Made by a program: the position numbers and the translations under genes
IMG/VR virus record: IMGVR_UViG_3300009184_000002
Strand: one strand, 5' to 3'
Origin: an uncultured virus (IMG/VR IMGVR_UViG_3300009184_000002)
Taxonomy: Duplodnaviria; Heunggongvirae; Uroviricota; Caudoviricetes
DNA length: 64,000 bases
The notes under the pieces: generated by a model
What the model was told of the DNA's origin: nothing
The model's input: only the letters and a program-made list of their open reading frames with translations
Database searches by the model: none
Shown here: positions 49,074-60,007 of the stretch, in pieces
Position numbering within the stretch: the stretch's first letter is position 1
Layout: every line of letters starts with the position of its first letter

Positions 49074-50794
49074 TATTGAATCTCTTTCTTAGTGCCATAG
49101 CGTTGTCTCCAACCTTCTATTTCTTTTGTATCCGCACCTTTAGTTGGGGCTGTTGGACCAAAACCTAATTCGCCACGTTCCATATCGGGAAAATGTTTTT
49201 TCAAACGAGCATCTCGTTCTGCAGTTGCTGCTTTCCAAGCATCTGATTGTTCAAATTTAGCAAACCCAGCTCCTGGATTAGCCTTTTGAAATTTCTGCCA
49301 TTCAACACCAAGTTTATCTAAAGTCCTATAACTTTCTGCTGCAATGGTTGCAAAGAAACGATTTGCCTCAACGCTATTGTCTTTAGATAATCCAGCGGCT
49401 TTTTCAGATAGTTTAGTTTCAAAGTCAGAAATGGCACCAGTGCCTTTAAAGATATCTTGACGAAATTTTAAACTGTTTTGTTCTGCTAAAGCATCAAACT
49501 TATTTCCAGCTTCAATGGCTTCACTTGATAAAGAAGCACGACGAGCAAACGGTTCAATGTCTTTACCAGTTAATAATTTAACGCCTTCAATAGTAGCACC
49601 TAAAGCACGATTTTTATAACCGTAACCAACCGCCTCTGGAGTTTTATCCAAAATGTTTAACATCACATTGGCTGTACTTAAGTTCTTACCAGCATCCACT
49701 GCTGAAGATTCAAATGAACCTTGACGAGTACCAGCGGCTTTACCAGCTTCAGCACCAGCTTTTTCAGTGTAGCTTTTCTCACCAGCTTGCTCAGTTAAAT
49801 ATTGTGAATAAGTCTTAGGCGCACCAGTTGTTGGAGCAGTTGCAGACATTTGAGTTGTGGTTGGTGCTTGCGCTTGTGTAGATACCACTGGTGTTTCACC
49901 AGCTTTTAAGAAAGCATTTTTGCGTTGCTCCATTGGCATTCTGTTAAACAACTCAGAGGCATCAGCACGATTCATAGTATCGCCCTTAAGACCCAATTCT
50001 GTTTTAGCGTACTCATTTAAACGTTGTTTTGCTGCATCACCTAGATTCTCAAAACGATAGACATCACGATTATCAGCTTGTGCAACAGGAGCACTTGGAG
50101 CATTAGCCATAGGAGCGTTAGCTACAGGAGCAATAGGAGCTTCTGCATTAGCTACGAGGGCACTACGAGCAGTAGAAATAGGAGTAGCGCCACGCACTTC
50201 TAATGGAGTGCGGCGTTTCATTTCGCCAGCCTTTTCATCAAAGTAATCTTCTTGCTTGTATGTTCCTGGTGCAGTTAAGAATTTAGTTTCTTCTTTAGCA
50301 TATGAATCAAACACTTCATTTGCTTTAGCGAGATTGCCTTGTTTTATATATGCTTGGTACGCTTTAAATACTTGAACTGGCACTGGCACACCACGAATGG
50401 TATATTCACCAGTAGGGGCTTGAGCACCGCCAGTGGGTAATCCAGATAGACTAGCTTTAGGTTCACCCATAGAGGTATTAGCCTCACCCAATTGAGCAAG
50501 GTTTACTTTACCTTGGGATAGCTGTGCTTGTAAATCTTCTAACTGCTTGGATTGCAACGCACGAGTCTGAGCGCGCTGAGCTAAACCAGCAGATGGACCG
50601 GCCGCACCACCAGACCACCAAGCAGAAGCATCAGCCAAGTCTTGCATAAAGTAATTCTTTTCTGCAAGTTTTTGATCGTACAGCTTTTGCATATCCTCCA
50701 AAATGCCTTGATTGGTAATGCCGGGCTTTGCAGTAGTTCCTGTTTTAGCAAGAACATCTAATGCACCTGATTCAGTTGTTGAGGTTTCAGCCAT
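49073..50794 (-). CDS. Internal virion / ejection protein
   Basis: A/Q-rich helical; GTGAISDFE motif of the type seen in DNA-transfer proteins. Confidence 0.6.
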   Translation of the reverse strand: MAETSTTESGALDVLAKTGTTAKPGITNQGILEDMQKLYDQKLAEKNYFMQDLADASAWWSGGAAGPSAGLAQRAQTRALQSKQLEDLQAQLSQGKVNLAQLGEANTSMGEPKASLSGLPTGGAQAPTGEYTIRGVPVPVQVFKAYQAYIKQGNLAKANEVFDSYAKEETKFLTAPGTYKQEDYFDEKAGEMKRRTPLEVRGATPISTARSALVANAEAPIAPVANAPMANAPSAPVAQADNRDVYRFENLGDAAKQRLNEYAKTELGLKGDTMNRADASELFNRMPMEQRKNAFLKAGETPVVSTQAQAPTTTQMSATAPTTGAPKTYSQYLTEQAGEKSYTEKAGAEAGKAAGTRQGSFESSAVDAGKNLSTANVMLNILDKTPEAVGYGYKNRALGATIEGVKLLTGKDIEPFARRASLSSEAIEAGNKFDALAEQNSLKFRQDIFKGTGAISDFETKLSEKAAGLSKDNSVEANRFFATIAAESYRTLDKLGVEWQKFQKANPGAGFAKFEQSDAWKAATAERDARLKKHFPDMERGELGFGPTAPTKGADTKEIEGWRQRYGTKKEIQ

Positions 50795-50799
50795 TGTTA

Positions 50800-51726
50800 T
50801 TACCTATCAAAATAAAATTCATCATTAGTTCCCGTTTGTGTGTTACCAGAAGCATCTGTGTAGGTATAATCATTCGTTGGAGGATTCATTAATGTATCCA
50901 TACTTTGAGCACCAGAGGGTACAAAACTATTGCTACTACTGCTACTACCACCAGTAATTTTATCGATTAATCCTTGTAAGCCATTCTTAATACCGAATTG
51001 ACCTAATACGCCAGTTGTGCCAGCTGGGCCACCAAGAACAGATACTAAACCAGCAATTTGGTTTAGTGGAGAGAGTTGAGTTTGATTGTTAACTGTGGTA
51101 GGAGCTTGAATACCGCCAAGGATTTTACCATAGTTAGACGCATTGATAAACGGAGCGGCTTGTTGATACTGGCCAGTCTGTAGTAAGTTGTTAATGTTTT
51201 CTTGGGACACAGTGCCAGCACCAATACCAGCTTGTACGCCAGTAGATTGATTTTGTAATGCCGCTTGGTTTTGCTGAGCAAACAGATTTGCTTGTGCGTC
51301 ACCCATTGCTTTATTGTATGCTGTCTGTCCACGCAAGCTACCAAAGTTACCAGAGCCAATAGAAGCAGCATCCACTGGTGCTGTAAACTGTGGCATGATT
51401 TGTTGCAACTGTTGATTTTGAGCTTGAAACAAACCACCTAATGGTGTGCTAGTGTTTGGTGATACTTGACCAGAGGCATTGGTCATGAACGGATTAGCAG
51501 CACCCGATGCAATGCTTTGTAATGTGCCGGCAGCATTGGTAAATGCATTTGTAGGTCCAGACAAAGCATTTACAGCATTTTGAGCAACTGTTTGACCGGG
51601 GGCTGGAGCGCCTGCATTAGCTTGACCAGCTTGACTAACCACATTTTGTTGGGCGGTATCAAACCAACTCGGTAAAGTTGTGGTTTGTTGCCCTGTGTTA
51701 GAAATTAGATTATTTAAACCAGCCAT
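50800..51726 (-). CDS. Internal virion / DNA transfer protein
   Basis: Q/G/N-rich, GNFGSLRG, LNQIAGLVSVLG amphipathic segment. Confidence 0.6.
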   Translation of the reverse strand: MAGLNNLISNTGQQTTTLPSWFDTAQQNVVSQAGQANAGAPAPGQTVAQNAVNALSGPTNAFTNAAGTLQSIASGAANPFMTNASGQVSPNTSTPLGGLFQAQNQQLQQIMPQFTAPVDAASIGSGNFGSLRGQTAYNKAMGDAQANLFAQQNQAALQNQSTGVQAGIGAGTVSQENINNLLQTGQYQQAAPFINASNYGKILGGIQAPTTVNNQTQLSPLNQIAGLVSVLGGPAGTTGVLGQFGIKNGLQGLIDKITGGSSSSSNSFVPSGAQSMDTLMNPPTNDYTYTDASGNTQTGTNDEFYFDR

Positions 51727-51727
51727 T

Positions 51728-54109
51728 TTATTTTCTCGCTTTACGTTTTGCGTCTGTCAAATATGACAAGGGACCTTTACTATCGGGGGGTAGACGACGA
51801 CCACTTGCTTTACGCTTATGTTCTCTAATTACACGCAAAAACTCGTCTAAGATTTTTGCACCTGAATCATTACTACCATTACCTAAATTGGATACCACAT
51901 CCGCTGGAATTACAAACTCACCGTTTGCTAACATAGCCGGTATACTATCACTAGTGCCGTCACCAGAGCCTTTAACATAACGGTTATCTAAGGAAGCACC
52001 ACCCTCAGAATAAAACTGTGGCTCAAATTTACTATTTACTCCAAAATGCCCGTCATTAAAACCAAACTGATTTTCCATTATGCCACCATCGGCTTTAGTT
52101 GGGAGACCAGCTAAATTATAGCTCACATTGTGTTTGGTTAACGCTGCGGTCAGCGGAGTGTCACTAATATTACCGTAGTTATACTCACCTTTATCATTAA
52201 ATAAAGAAGATGAATTTTTAGATGTAGTGGATCCACCAGTTGCGTAATGAGAAAGTCCTGCTAAATCATAATCCATAGGCCTTGTTAAACCCGGTGTTAA
52301 ATTCATTAAACCTGGATTAGTAGCTTGGTTATTTAATTGCTGTGCTGCCAACGCTGATCCACCTACAATGCTACCTAATCCAGAACCAATACCGCCCGAT
52401 CCTCCACCACCTCCAGAACCGCCCGATCCAGAGCCGCCGCCAGCAGTGGGGGGCAACACTGGTTGTATGACAACGGGGCTATTACCACTACCATCGCCAG
52501 AACCGCCCGATCCAGAGCCATCACCGGTACCAGCAATAGGGCCATTACCATTACCGTTACCTGTGCCATCGCCGGGAATTGGTACATTATTACCAGCATC
52601 AATAGGACTACTACCGTTACCACCACCGTTTATAGGAACCGATATTCTTTCACCAGTAGTATTGTTATACGCCCAAGTGCTACCATCTGGAGGCATGACA
52701 GTTGTGTATGCCATTGGTCTATCTAAATTTGGTGGTTGAAGCGAATACCCCTCTGGCACATTCGGTGTTGTTGTAGTGGTAGGCAATCCACCATCATTTG
52801 TATTTTTATCAACACCATCAATTGTTGCAGCTAATGCAGTATCTAATGGAGATGTGTAAGTACTACCATCTTCATTTACTGGTTGACCATCGTTATTACT
52901 AAATCCAGTTGGACTTGTTTTATCAGGAAATGCTTCTGGAGCATTAGCCGCTGGAGTAACTAAAGGAGTAGTCGGTGCTTGAAAATCATCAGCACTAGTT
53001 ACAGTAACACTACCATTAGAAGCCAATGGAGCATATGCGGGTAATGTTGGATCAGAAGCACCTTGTGCTAAAGCTTTTGCTTCATCTGGATTAAACCCAG
53101 CGTCAATAGCGGCTTTGTAATTTGGGTCTTGTGTAATATCAGCAGTTTGTGTTGAGGAAGGTGATGTTGTGTCTAGTGAATTTAAACCACCCTTAACAGC
53201 ATCATAGCCAGCACCAACACCTTGATTAACTAATGAACCACCAGCACTAGTCAAAGCCGCGGTTAGTGGATCGCCACCCATAATAGCTGCTTTAACGGCA
53301 CCCAATCCAGCGCTAGTAATTGCTGGGTTGACATCAGTAGGCATTAGATTAGAAACTGCGCTACTGGTTCCACCAGAGATACCACCAATCAAAGCACCAG
53401 TTAACGGATCACGACCACTTAATACAGCACCCGTTGCACCGCCAGCCGTACCACCAGCAACAGCACCAATTGTTTTGGCGTAATCAGCTAAATCTGTACC
53501 AGCGGTTAAGCCACTAGCATAGCTACCAATACCACCGCCAACAGCACCAGTTAACGCACCGTTAACAGCACCTTGAAGAATGTCACCACCAGTAATAGCA
53601 GACTTAGCAGCACCAATTGCGGCACCTTTAAGTGCTCCTGTTGCAGCAGATTGTAGGGCGGCTTGTGCTGCAGTGCTACCTGCGGCTGCGGCTTCTACAG
53701 TAGCTCCAGCGGCGGCAACACCTTCGGCGGCGGCAACACCAGCGGTAGCAGCTTCGGCGGCAGTTGTTGCTGCAACAACTTCACCAGCTGTGCCCGCGGC
53801 TAAGGCTTCACCTTCTAAATTCACAGTACCAGCAGTAGCAATAGTTGCTGCAATAGCACCGACCATATACCAACCACCGGGGATAACATCGTTAACTACT
53901 TGGTCAACAGCCGCACCAGCTTCACCTATTGCGGGACCAGGATCTATTTGAGCAAACGCATCAGATACACTTTGTGCAGCATCTGAAATGCCAGAGCCTA
54001 CCGATTCAACAACATCACTACCAGCATCAATAACGGATTGACCAATGTCACCTACCGAACTAACGGTATCGCTAACAAAATCCGAAACTGAATCAGCAAC
54101 GGAACCCAT
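51728..54109 (-). CDS. Internal virion / membrane-penetrating ejection protein
   Basis: Starts MGS. Glycine-zipper hydrophobic region. C-terminal GSGDGTSDSIPAMLANGEFVIPADVV motif also seen at tape-measure C-termini. Confidence 0.65.
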   Translation of the reverse strand: MGSVADSVSDFVSDTVSSVGDIGQSVIDAGSDVVESVGSGISDAAQSVSDAFAQIDPGPAIGEAGAAVDQVVNDVIPGGWYMVGAIAATIATAGTVNLEGEALAAGTAGEVVAATTAAEAATAGVAAAEGVAAAGATVEAAAAGSTAAQAALQSAATGALKGAAIGAAKSAITGGDILQGAVNGALTGAVGGGIGSYASGLTAGTDLADYAKTIGAVAGGTAGGATGAVLSGRDPLTGALIGGISGGTSSAVSNLMPTDVNPAITSAGLGAVKAAIMGGDPLTAALTSAGGSLVNQGVGAGYDAVKGGLNSLDTTSPSSTQTADITQDPNYKAAIDAGFNPDEAKALAQGASDPTLPAYAPLASNGSVTVTSADDFQAPTTPLVTPAANAPEAFPDKTSPTGFSNNDGQPVNEDGSTYTSPLDTALAATIDGVDKNTNDGGLPTTTTTPNVPEGYSLQPPNLDRPMAYTTVMPPDGSTWAYNNTTGERISVPINGGGNGSSPIDAGNNVPIPGDGTGNGNGNGPIAGTGDGSGSGGSGDGSGNSPVVIQPVLPPTAGGGSGSGGSGGGGGSGGIGSGLGSIVGGSALAAQQLNNQATNPGLMNLTPGLTRPMDYDLAGLSHYATGGSTTSKNSSSLFNDKGEYNYGNISDTPLTAALTKHNVSYNLAGLPTKADGGIMENQFGFNDGHFGVNSKFEPQFYSEGGASLDNRYVKGSGDGTSDSIPAMLANGEFVIPADVVSNLGNGSNDSGAKILDEFLRVIREHKRKASGRRLPPDSKGPLSYLTDAKRKARK

Positions 54110-54552
54110 TAGGCTTGCTCCTTAACTAGTTGTACAGTAACTTGATACATCTTTCCATCTTTTGATTTTTGGACAGCGTATCCCATGCCTTCGGGTTTAT
54201 CTCGAGCAATGGCTTTAAATATGTTCAAAATAGTAGGATCTTCAAATTGAGTTACCATCACTTTGTAACCCTTTGCTTTCATTTGATCCGTAAATTTTTT
54301 ACTATGTTCAATATAATTTTTAGCTGTGTCGGCGTTTAAAGCACGAAAAAAAACATAGCCAACTCTGTCTTTTTGTGGGTGTACAATAAACACAGTGTTA
54401 CCCATGCGAACTGAAAATGCACCGGGCAAAGTTAATTCTTTCATGACAGCTACAAAAGCAACATGCATAGGATATTTAGACTTCGTCTCTTTGACAGAAA
54501 TCTTGACAATATCCTCAAACTCCAGTTGTTCTTTTTTGCTGTCGACTACCAT
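54109..54552 (-). CDS. Putative GNAT-like acyltransferase (positional analogue of T7 gp13)
   Basis: 147 aa alpha/beta protein between nozzle and first ejection gene. The fold is inferred from position and pattern only. Confidence 0.4.
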   Translation of the reverse strand: MVVDSKKEQLEFEDIVKISVKETKSKYPMHVAFVAVMKELTLPGAFSVRMGNTVFIVHPQKDRVGYVFFRALNADTAKNYIEHSKKFTDQMKAKGYKVMVTQFEDPTILNIFKAIARDKPEGMGYAVQKSKDGKMYQVTVQLVKEQA

Positions 54553-54577
54553 CTTAGCCTTTATGTTTGTCCTATAT

Positions 54578-54610
54578 CTACATATGCAAATATTAGGGTG
54601 TTTTCGCCCT
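54578..54610 (-). promoter_or_regulatory. Phage-specific (late) promoter
   Basis: AGGGCG-N16-TGCATATGTAG (1 mismatch). Confidence 0.75.
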
Positions 54611-54863
54611 ACTGAGAAGGACCATTAATAATCTGAGTAAACTCTAACGCCCAATCCTGCCAATTCTCATACAAATCGGGATCCGAAACTGGGTACACGG
54701 TAAAGCGTGGAAGCTGGGATACATTCTTAGCTACCATTTTCCAATCGTTTTCATCAGTAGTATAAGGAATAAGTTCTGTTCCAAAATACATGATTAAGTT
54801 ACCATTCCAATGTTGCCAATCCATGCCCTCGGGATTAAACGGAAAAAATATTTGCTGATCCAT
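54609..54863 (-). CDS. Small tail protein
   Basis: Trp-rich 84 aa ending YENWQDWA, after the nozzle gene. Confidence 0.55.
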   Translation of the reverse strand: MDQQIFFPFNPEGMDWQHWNGNLIMYFGTELIPYTTDENDWKMVAKNVSQLPRFTVYPVSDPDLYENWQDWALEFTQIINGPSQ

Positions 54864-57013
54864 TATGGGCGCTCGTCACCATATTCTGCGGTAATAAGTA
54901 AACGACCCATTTCATAGTTACCATTAATATCATTAGAAGTAAATGTTAAACTAACTTCTCTATGTTCTACTCTTAAGTCAATCTTACCGGTGTCTGACGC
55001 AAATGAAAATGGCCCAGAAGTTTCTACTGACCCTCTAGCAAATTTACGACCTTGAACATCCAGTGTCATGGTGCCTGACTGTACAAAATCTGGCTCAATA
55101 CGGCGTAAGTGCATGCGTCGATTTGGACCCTGTGGTGTATCTTGTGATGGTGTTCCACCAACCCAACTAATGTCGCAGGTTGTAAAGCTAGATGTAACGG
55201 CAAGTTCTTGTGAGAAGGTTACTTTATTGTAACCATACTCTTGTTGCCAAATTGGATAACCACCCTCTATATAATACGCTACATTACCAACCGTGACAGC
55301 TGGAGAAAAGTTTTTTGTTGCAGTTACTAAAGTAACTCCAGGAGCCGGTACTAGACCAGTGATAATTAATGTGCTTGTTGCAACAACATAAACTGGGCTT
55401 GCTGGATTACCAGAGTTTGAAAAAGAAAAATAATCACCTGCAGAAAAAACTGGTGTTGCATCACCAGCTACATAAAATTGATTTGCTGCGGGGGCTGGCT
55501 GACCAGCGGGTGTTGCAATCAAAGTGTACGGGGAGCTATAAGTTACTTCATAGTCCCAACCACACCAAATAGGTGTTGGGAAAATCTCTGTGGTATATCC
55601 ACAAGAACGACGAGCGCCATTAGCCTGACCAGCGTCATACCAAATCTTGTCTTTTACGTTATAGATAATGGCATCAGTTACTTCTGTGGCCGAACCACGG
55701 GGATAAAAGAACCAGATCTCGTTATAGCGTGGTACTTTAGTAGTCCATACTTTTTGACGTTGCTCAAAGTTAACATTGTCAAATAGCCAGTTTACATTTT
55801 TATCATTAGGCAGAACGCTAACCACACCGTTGTATTGATAGAAACGGTCAACACCAAGCCAGTAATACACACCGTCCATCTCGGCAAAACAAGATGAGGA
55901 CATTGTTGAGATCTGACTAGAAATAATATCGTAACGCCAGTATAGAGGAGCTGCACCAGTAAACGATACACGAATCAATGAATCAGTAGCCCAGAACAAA
56001 CCAGATGGTGAGTTAGTACCGCCCCGTACAGGCATACCCTTAATAACCTTGGAAGAGGACATGTTGATTTGGTTGGCTGTTGCACCGTTCCAATCGGTTA
56101 ATGTCTGAGTACCATAGGTTGAATCAACATGGTTGTTAGCAATGTAACCATTATCACCATACACAAATATGTAGGGGTATAAGACACACACTCCACCGTT
56201 TACACTAATAGGTCGATATGTTGGGTTTTGACCTGTGCTATCAGCCAAGCCATAAAAGTTCCAAACTCCCACAGACACAGGAATAATATCACCATATAAA
56301 ACTTGAGTATTTTCAGCGTTGTCAATGTTAGTTAAATTTAGCCCCGGGTGCGCTAATACTTTTAATGCACCACCCGCTGGAGAATACTGTAGGTCAAACT
56401 GCCACAAGTTACGGGTATCGGCTGCAAATGTTGTATTTGCAATCCATACATTAGTAACTGTTGTTAACGCAGGTAAAGCTGGAGTAAAAGTTACTGTTGT
56501 GTTTGGTGTTGCAAACACTGGTGTGCCGACTGTTGTATATACTACGGGATTAGTCTGACTAAATATAACTTTAGTACCCGCTGGATACACCGTTGAGAAA
56601 TTTTTAATTGGTGTTGATGTACTAGTTATTGTAAAGGTGGTTGTGGTGTTAGCAGAAATAGACTGTTGAGAATAACCGGGAATTATATTTGCAATATACG
56701 GACCAGAACCTACACCAATAGTGTTGCCAGTAATAAACACTTCAATACCATAGCGGTTACCAGTGAAGATGTAGTTAACACCGTTGTATGGACTGACAAC
56801 CATACCCCGTGGTATGGCATTAAACGTACTAAAAATTTCACGGTAGCCACCCATTTTTTTAGGTGTACCACGTTGAAATCTGCACCACACACCATCTTGG
56901 TAATCACGAGATTCAAACTTAGTACCATCACGTTTAATACCAGCTTGTACTGCCAGTGTATACACTAGGTTGTACTGCTCTTGTGCTGTTCCAGAGTTTT
57001 GTTGATCAGCCAT
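54863..57013 (-). CDS. Tail nozzle / tubular protein B-like
   Basis: 716 aa beta-rich; RFQRGTPKKMGG, YWLGVDRFYQYNG, NEIWFFYP. Confidence 0.7.
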   Translation of the reverse strand: MADQQNSGTAQEQYNLVYTLAVQAGIKRDGTKFESRDYQDGVWCRFQRGTPKKMGGYREIFSTFNAIPRGMVVSPYNGVNYIFTGNRYGIEVFITGNTIGVGSGPYIANIIPGYSQQSISANTTTTFTITSTSTPIKNFSTVYPAGTKVIFSQTNPVVYTTVGTPVFATPNTTVTFTPALPALTTVTNVWIANTTFAADTRNLWQFDLQYSPAGGALKVLAHPGLNLTNIDNAENTQVLYGDIIPVSVGVWNFYGLADSTGQNPTYRPISVNGGVCVLYPYIFVYGDNGYIANNHVDSTYGTQTLTDWNGATANQINMSSSKVIKGMPVRGGTNSPSGLFWATDSLIRVSFTGAAPLYWRYDIISSQISTMSSSCFAEMDGVYYWLGVDRFYQYNGVVSVLPNDKNVNWLFDNVNFEQRQKVWTTKVPRYNEIWFFYPRGSATEVTDAIIYNVKDKIWYDAGQANGARRSCGYTTEIFPTPIWCGWDYEVTYSSPYTLIATPAGQPAPAANQFYVAGDATPVFSAGDYFSFSNSGNPASPVYVVATSTLIITGLVPAPGVTLVTATKNFSPAVTVGNVAYYIEGGYPIWQQEYGYNKVTFSQELAVTSSFTTCDISWVGGTPSQDTPQGPNRRMHLRRIEPDFVQSGTMTLDVQGRKFARGSVETSGPFSFASDTGKIDLRVEHREVSLTFTSNDINGNYEMGRLLITAEYGDERP

Positions 57014-58296
57014 TAGAATGTTCCACCAAGAACACCACCGGTTGCAGTAACAGTTTTAGTTGTTGAAATTGTAGCTGGGGTAGTAATTTGAGGAGTACTT
57101 GGATTAGATCCATTTAGCGTTAATATGTTAGCACCGTTTGCTGTTAAACCAAGTGACCCAGCGGCACTTAAATACATACCAGTTGTAGTATCTGTTAAAA
57201 ATGAAAAAGTAGGAAGTAATGCAGAACCATTTGCTCCAGTAAAATAGACAGATGAGCTTTGTGAAAGAATAATTAATTGATTGCCATCTGACAATGCGGT
57301 AATAATACTTCCAGGCGCCAATACAGTAGGCGCTGCCATGGAGCCAGAAATACTAAATGTGATGTTATATAGGACAGTTGTAGTATCATTAATTAAAATG
57401 TACAGGGCTGTTGTGGATGGTAATACTACATTTAAGTTAGTTGTACGTGTGCCAGATAGTGATACATAAGTTTGAATAACTGGGGCAAAAGTAACAAGGC
57501 TTAACGTCGGGCCGACAATATTATCCACATCATAAACGGCAGATGTAAACGTAACGTTTGATGGTGTTTGCAGACCAATGGTGTAAAACTCAGTGGTTGA
57601 CTGCTGGTAAAATATAAAGCCAGATCCACCCGGAGGTACACTAACATTGGAGGCTTTGTTAATTAACTGACCACCAGTTGGCGTTAAAACTATTGAGCCC
57701 GTGCCGTTGTTTCTGAACCCAATCCACCATCCAGCGGAAAGCGTTGAGGCTAGTGGTATGGTAAACACACCGTTACCACCAGTCCAAACAAATGTATTGG
57801 CACGGCTTGCGTTGTTAATAGTTGGGGTGGAGCTAGAAGTAATTGGGGCTTGGGTAACGGCTAACTTACCACTAATAGCGGCAAGACCGGCGCCAGCCAA
57901 AGTAGCAGCATCGGCAGAAGATGTGCCAGTGCCAAAGGTGACATTTTGCCATACACCAGCTGATGTGCTGTTGTTTGACAAATAAAAGTATTTAGACTCA
58001 CCGGCTGCAATACTTACCGAACCAGATCCACCAAACTGTGCAATAAAAAATGGTTGTGCACCAAAGTTACGAAACAGGATGTCGATACCATTAGATCCTT
58101 GTGAGGCATCTGGTAAAAATACTGTTAGGTTACTAGTGGACGGTGTGCAGTCCATAATGCGTGAGGCAGGCACCTGTGTGCCATTAAGAACGGCAGGCCA
58201 GTATAGCTGCGTGTTAGTGCTAAAAGCTAACGCATAGTATGTGACATCCGTCTGCTGGACAACGTCACCGGTAAATGGCGATACGTATGACGGCAT
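57013..58296 (-). CDS. Tail protein / fibre
   Basis: S/T-rich, NGSALLPTFSF..DTTTGMY, ends GGTF. Confidence 0.65.
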   Translation of the reverse strand: MPSYVSPFTGDVVQQTDVTYYALAFSTNTQLYWPAVLNGTQVPASRIMDCTPSTSNLTVFLPDASQGSNGIDILFRNFGAQPFFIAQFGGSGSVSIAAGESKYFYLSNNSTSAGVWQNVTFGTGTSSADAATLAGAGLAAISGKLAVTQAPITSSSTPTINNASRANTFVWTGGNGVFTIPLASTLSAGWWIGFRNNGTGSIVLTPTGGQLINKASNVSVPPGGSGFIFYQQSTTEFYTIGLQTPSNVTFTSAVYDVDNIVGPTLSLVTFAPVIQTYVSLSGTRTTNLNVVLPSTTALYILINDTTTVLYNITFSISGSMAAPTVLAPGSIITALSDGNQLIILSQSSSVYFTGANGSALLPTFSFLTDTTTGMYLSAAGSLGLTANGANILTLNGSNPSTPQITTPATISTTKTVTATGGVLGGTF

Positions 58297-58299
58297 TGA

Positions 58300-58920
58300 T
58301 TAAGGTTCCTGTACTGTTGTATTGCGATCAATACGACGTGAGTTGTCTTCTTTCTTAAGGGAGGCAATACAGTCTGTGTAGTATGCTTTCCATACAGGCA
58401 GTTTGTCTAGTGCCTTTAAGTATCCTTGTGCTTGCAACAAAGTCCCAAACAACATTGCCTGTGGGGCAATTTGAGTAAACAAATTAGTCTGATTAGTTGA
58501 GTCTAATGGTTGCACTAGACTGTAGTAGATAATTTCCACTGGGTAATTTGCATTTGGAGATGGGGCAAAGTTCCAGTTGTTGTAGTCATACTCAGCATAA
58601 AACTTTGGTTGCCCTGTGGTAGACTCAGAGTTGTATTGTGCAATATAATCCTGTGAACGCAATACTACAGGAGCGCCATTAATCTTCATGGAGACTGTTT
58701 TTCTCCAGCGGGTTGGTTTTATTAACACGGGATTAGAGGCAGTGAGTGTAGTTGTCACGACAACCAATTGCAGTAATGTCTTTAACTCAGCGGCAATAGC
58801 AGACTGAGCCAGACCAATTAGGGTCGGGATCATTGCTACAAACTCGGCGTCGTTACGCTCCATGTACTGTTGAACATCTAGCACCAAGTTATCGTAGGTT
58901 TGAACGTAGGCTGTAGGCAT
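58300..58920 (-). CDS. Head-tail adaptor / tail tubular protein A-like
   Basis: TYDNLV...IGLAQSAI...GQPKFY...FAPSP...LFGTL. Confidence 0.7.
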   Translation of the reverse strand: MPTAYVQTYDNLVLDVQQYMERNDAEFVAMIPTLIGLAQSAIAAELKTLLQLVVVTTTLTASNPVLIKPTRWRKTVSMKINGAPVVLRSQDYIAQYNSESTTGQPKFYAEYDYNNWNFAPSPNANYPVEIIYYSLVQPLDSTNQTNLFTQIAPQAMLFGTLLQAQGYLKALDKLPVWKAYYTDCIASLKKEDNSRRIDRNTTVQEP

Positions 58921-58924
58921 TTAA

Positions 58925-60004
58925 TTATCTAGTATAATAACTGATGTTGGGTTGGAAGTAGATTGGTGACTTATCACGATCTTCATCTTCAAATTGCTGA
59001 CGTGCGTCCATTGCTAACTTTTCCAAATACGCAACCCGATTTAAATCAGTGCTTGGTAACTGCATAGCCAATCTATGTGATAGTGCGGTTTGGAAGTAAT
59101 TGAGTGCACGATCTGGCATATACAATTCGTTAGTCAACGATCCAACATCTTGTGGCTGACATTCTATGATTAATGAGAATGCTTGGAAGTTGTTATTTGG
59201 TACTGGCCATAGATACATTTCTGGATCAATCTGACGATTAAACCAATACTGTAGTGAGCGTTGACTAGGGAATTGTTTGTTGGGCAGGGAAAAATAATCG
59301 GTACGATTGAGTCGTGCTAGTGGGATTACTTGTTGTGATTGTGCAAACTGAATAGCACGAAGAGAATAGGTACTGCCACCAGTACGGTTGTTTAGCCTAT
59401 AGTAGCTAAACCCCTGTGTGGGGTCGATGTTGTAGTACTGCCACTGACGGTCGGCTAATGTAACCGTTGGGAATGATTCCCAAGTAGTCCATGTAATGCC
59501 GTCGTTGCTGACTTGAAAGTCAAGGTTGTAGGTAGCACTGCCACCGGGGGCATAGGCATTAAAGCCAACGTAGAATAACCTTGTTGCTTGAGAATAAGAC
59601 GCACCAAAGTAGTTGGCACCCAATGTAGTTGTTGCAAATAGGTTTAAGTCTGCGTTTGTGCTTTGATTAAACAACAACGGAGCGTTAGCATTACTTGTAG
59701 GAAGAGCAGAAGTAATTGCTGGGTTCACAAGGTAAATCCAGTTAGCCTCTAGTACATCAACACAGTTGACTGGCATAGGAAGTACTTGCTGGTTTGTCTG
59801 TGCACCCAATACAACAATCTCTTGTAACCAAATATTAATACCACGGTTGGCTGAGTTTTGGAGAATGTAAAACAGTGCTTGCTTACCAGCTTGCACATAC
59901 TCTGGTGTCATCTCTTCCGAGGTTTTCCCTGCGTCACGATACGCATAGGAAATTAACTGGTCAACATTGACCTTAGTCTGATTGTATGTGCCACTATATG
60001 CCAT
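58925..60004 (-). CDS. Head-tail connector protein with inserted discoidin-like domain
   Basis: ANRGINIW...SNDGITW insert...LNRTDY..LPNK...YLWPVP. Confidence 0.65.
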   Translation of the reverse strand: MAYSGTYNQTKVNVDQLISYAYRDAGKTSEEMTPEYVQAGKQALFYILQNSANRGINIWLQEIVVLGAQTNQQVLPMPVNCVDVLEANWIYLVNPAITSALPTSNANAPLLFNQSTNADLNLFATTTLGANYFGASYSQATRLFYVGFNAYAPGGSATYNLDFQVSNDGITWTTWESFPTVTLADRQWQYYNIDPTQGFSYYRLNNRTGGSTYSLRAIQFAQSQQVIPLARLNRTDYFSLPNKQFPSQRSLQYWFNRQIDPEMYLWPVPNNNFQAFSLIIECQPQDVGSLTNELYMPDRALNYFQTALSHRLAMQLPSTDLNRVAYLEKLAMDARQQFEDEDRDKSPIYFQPNISYYTR

Positions 60005-60007
60005 TGT

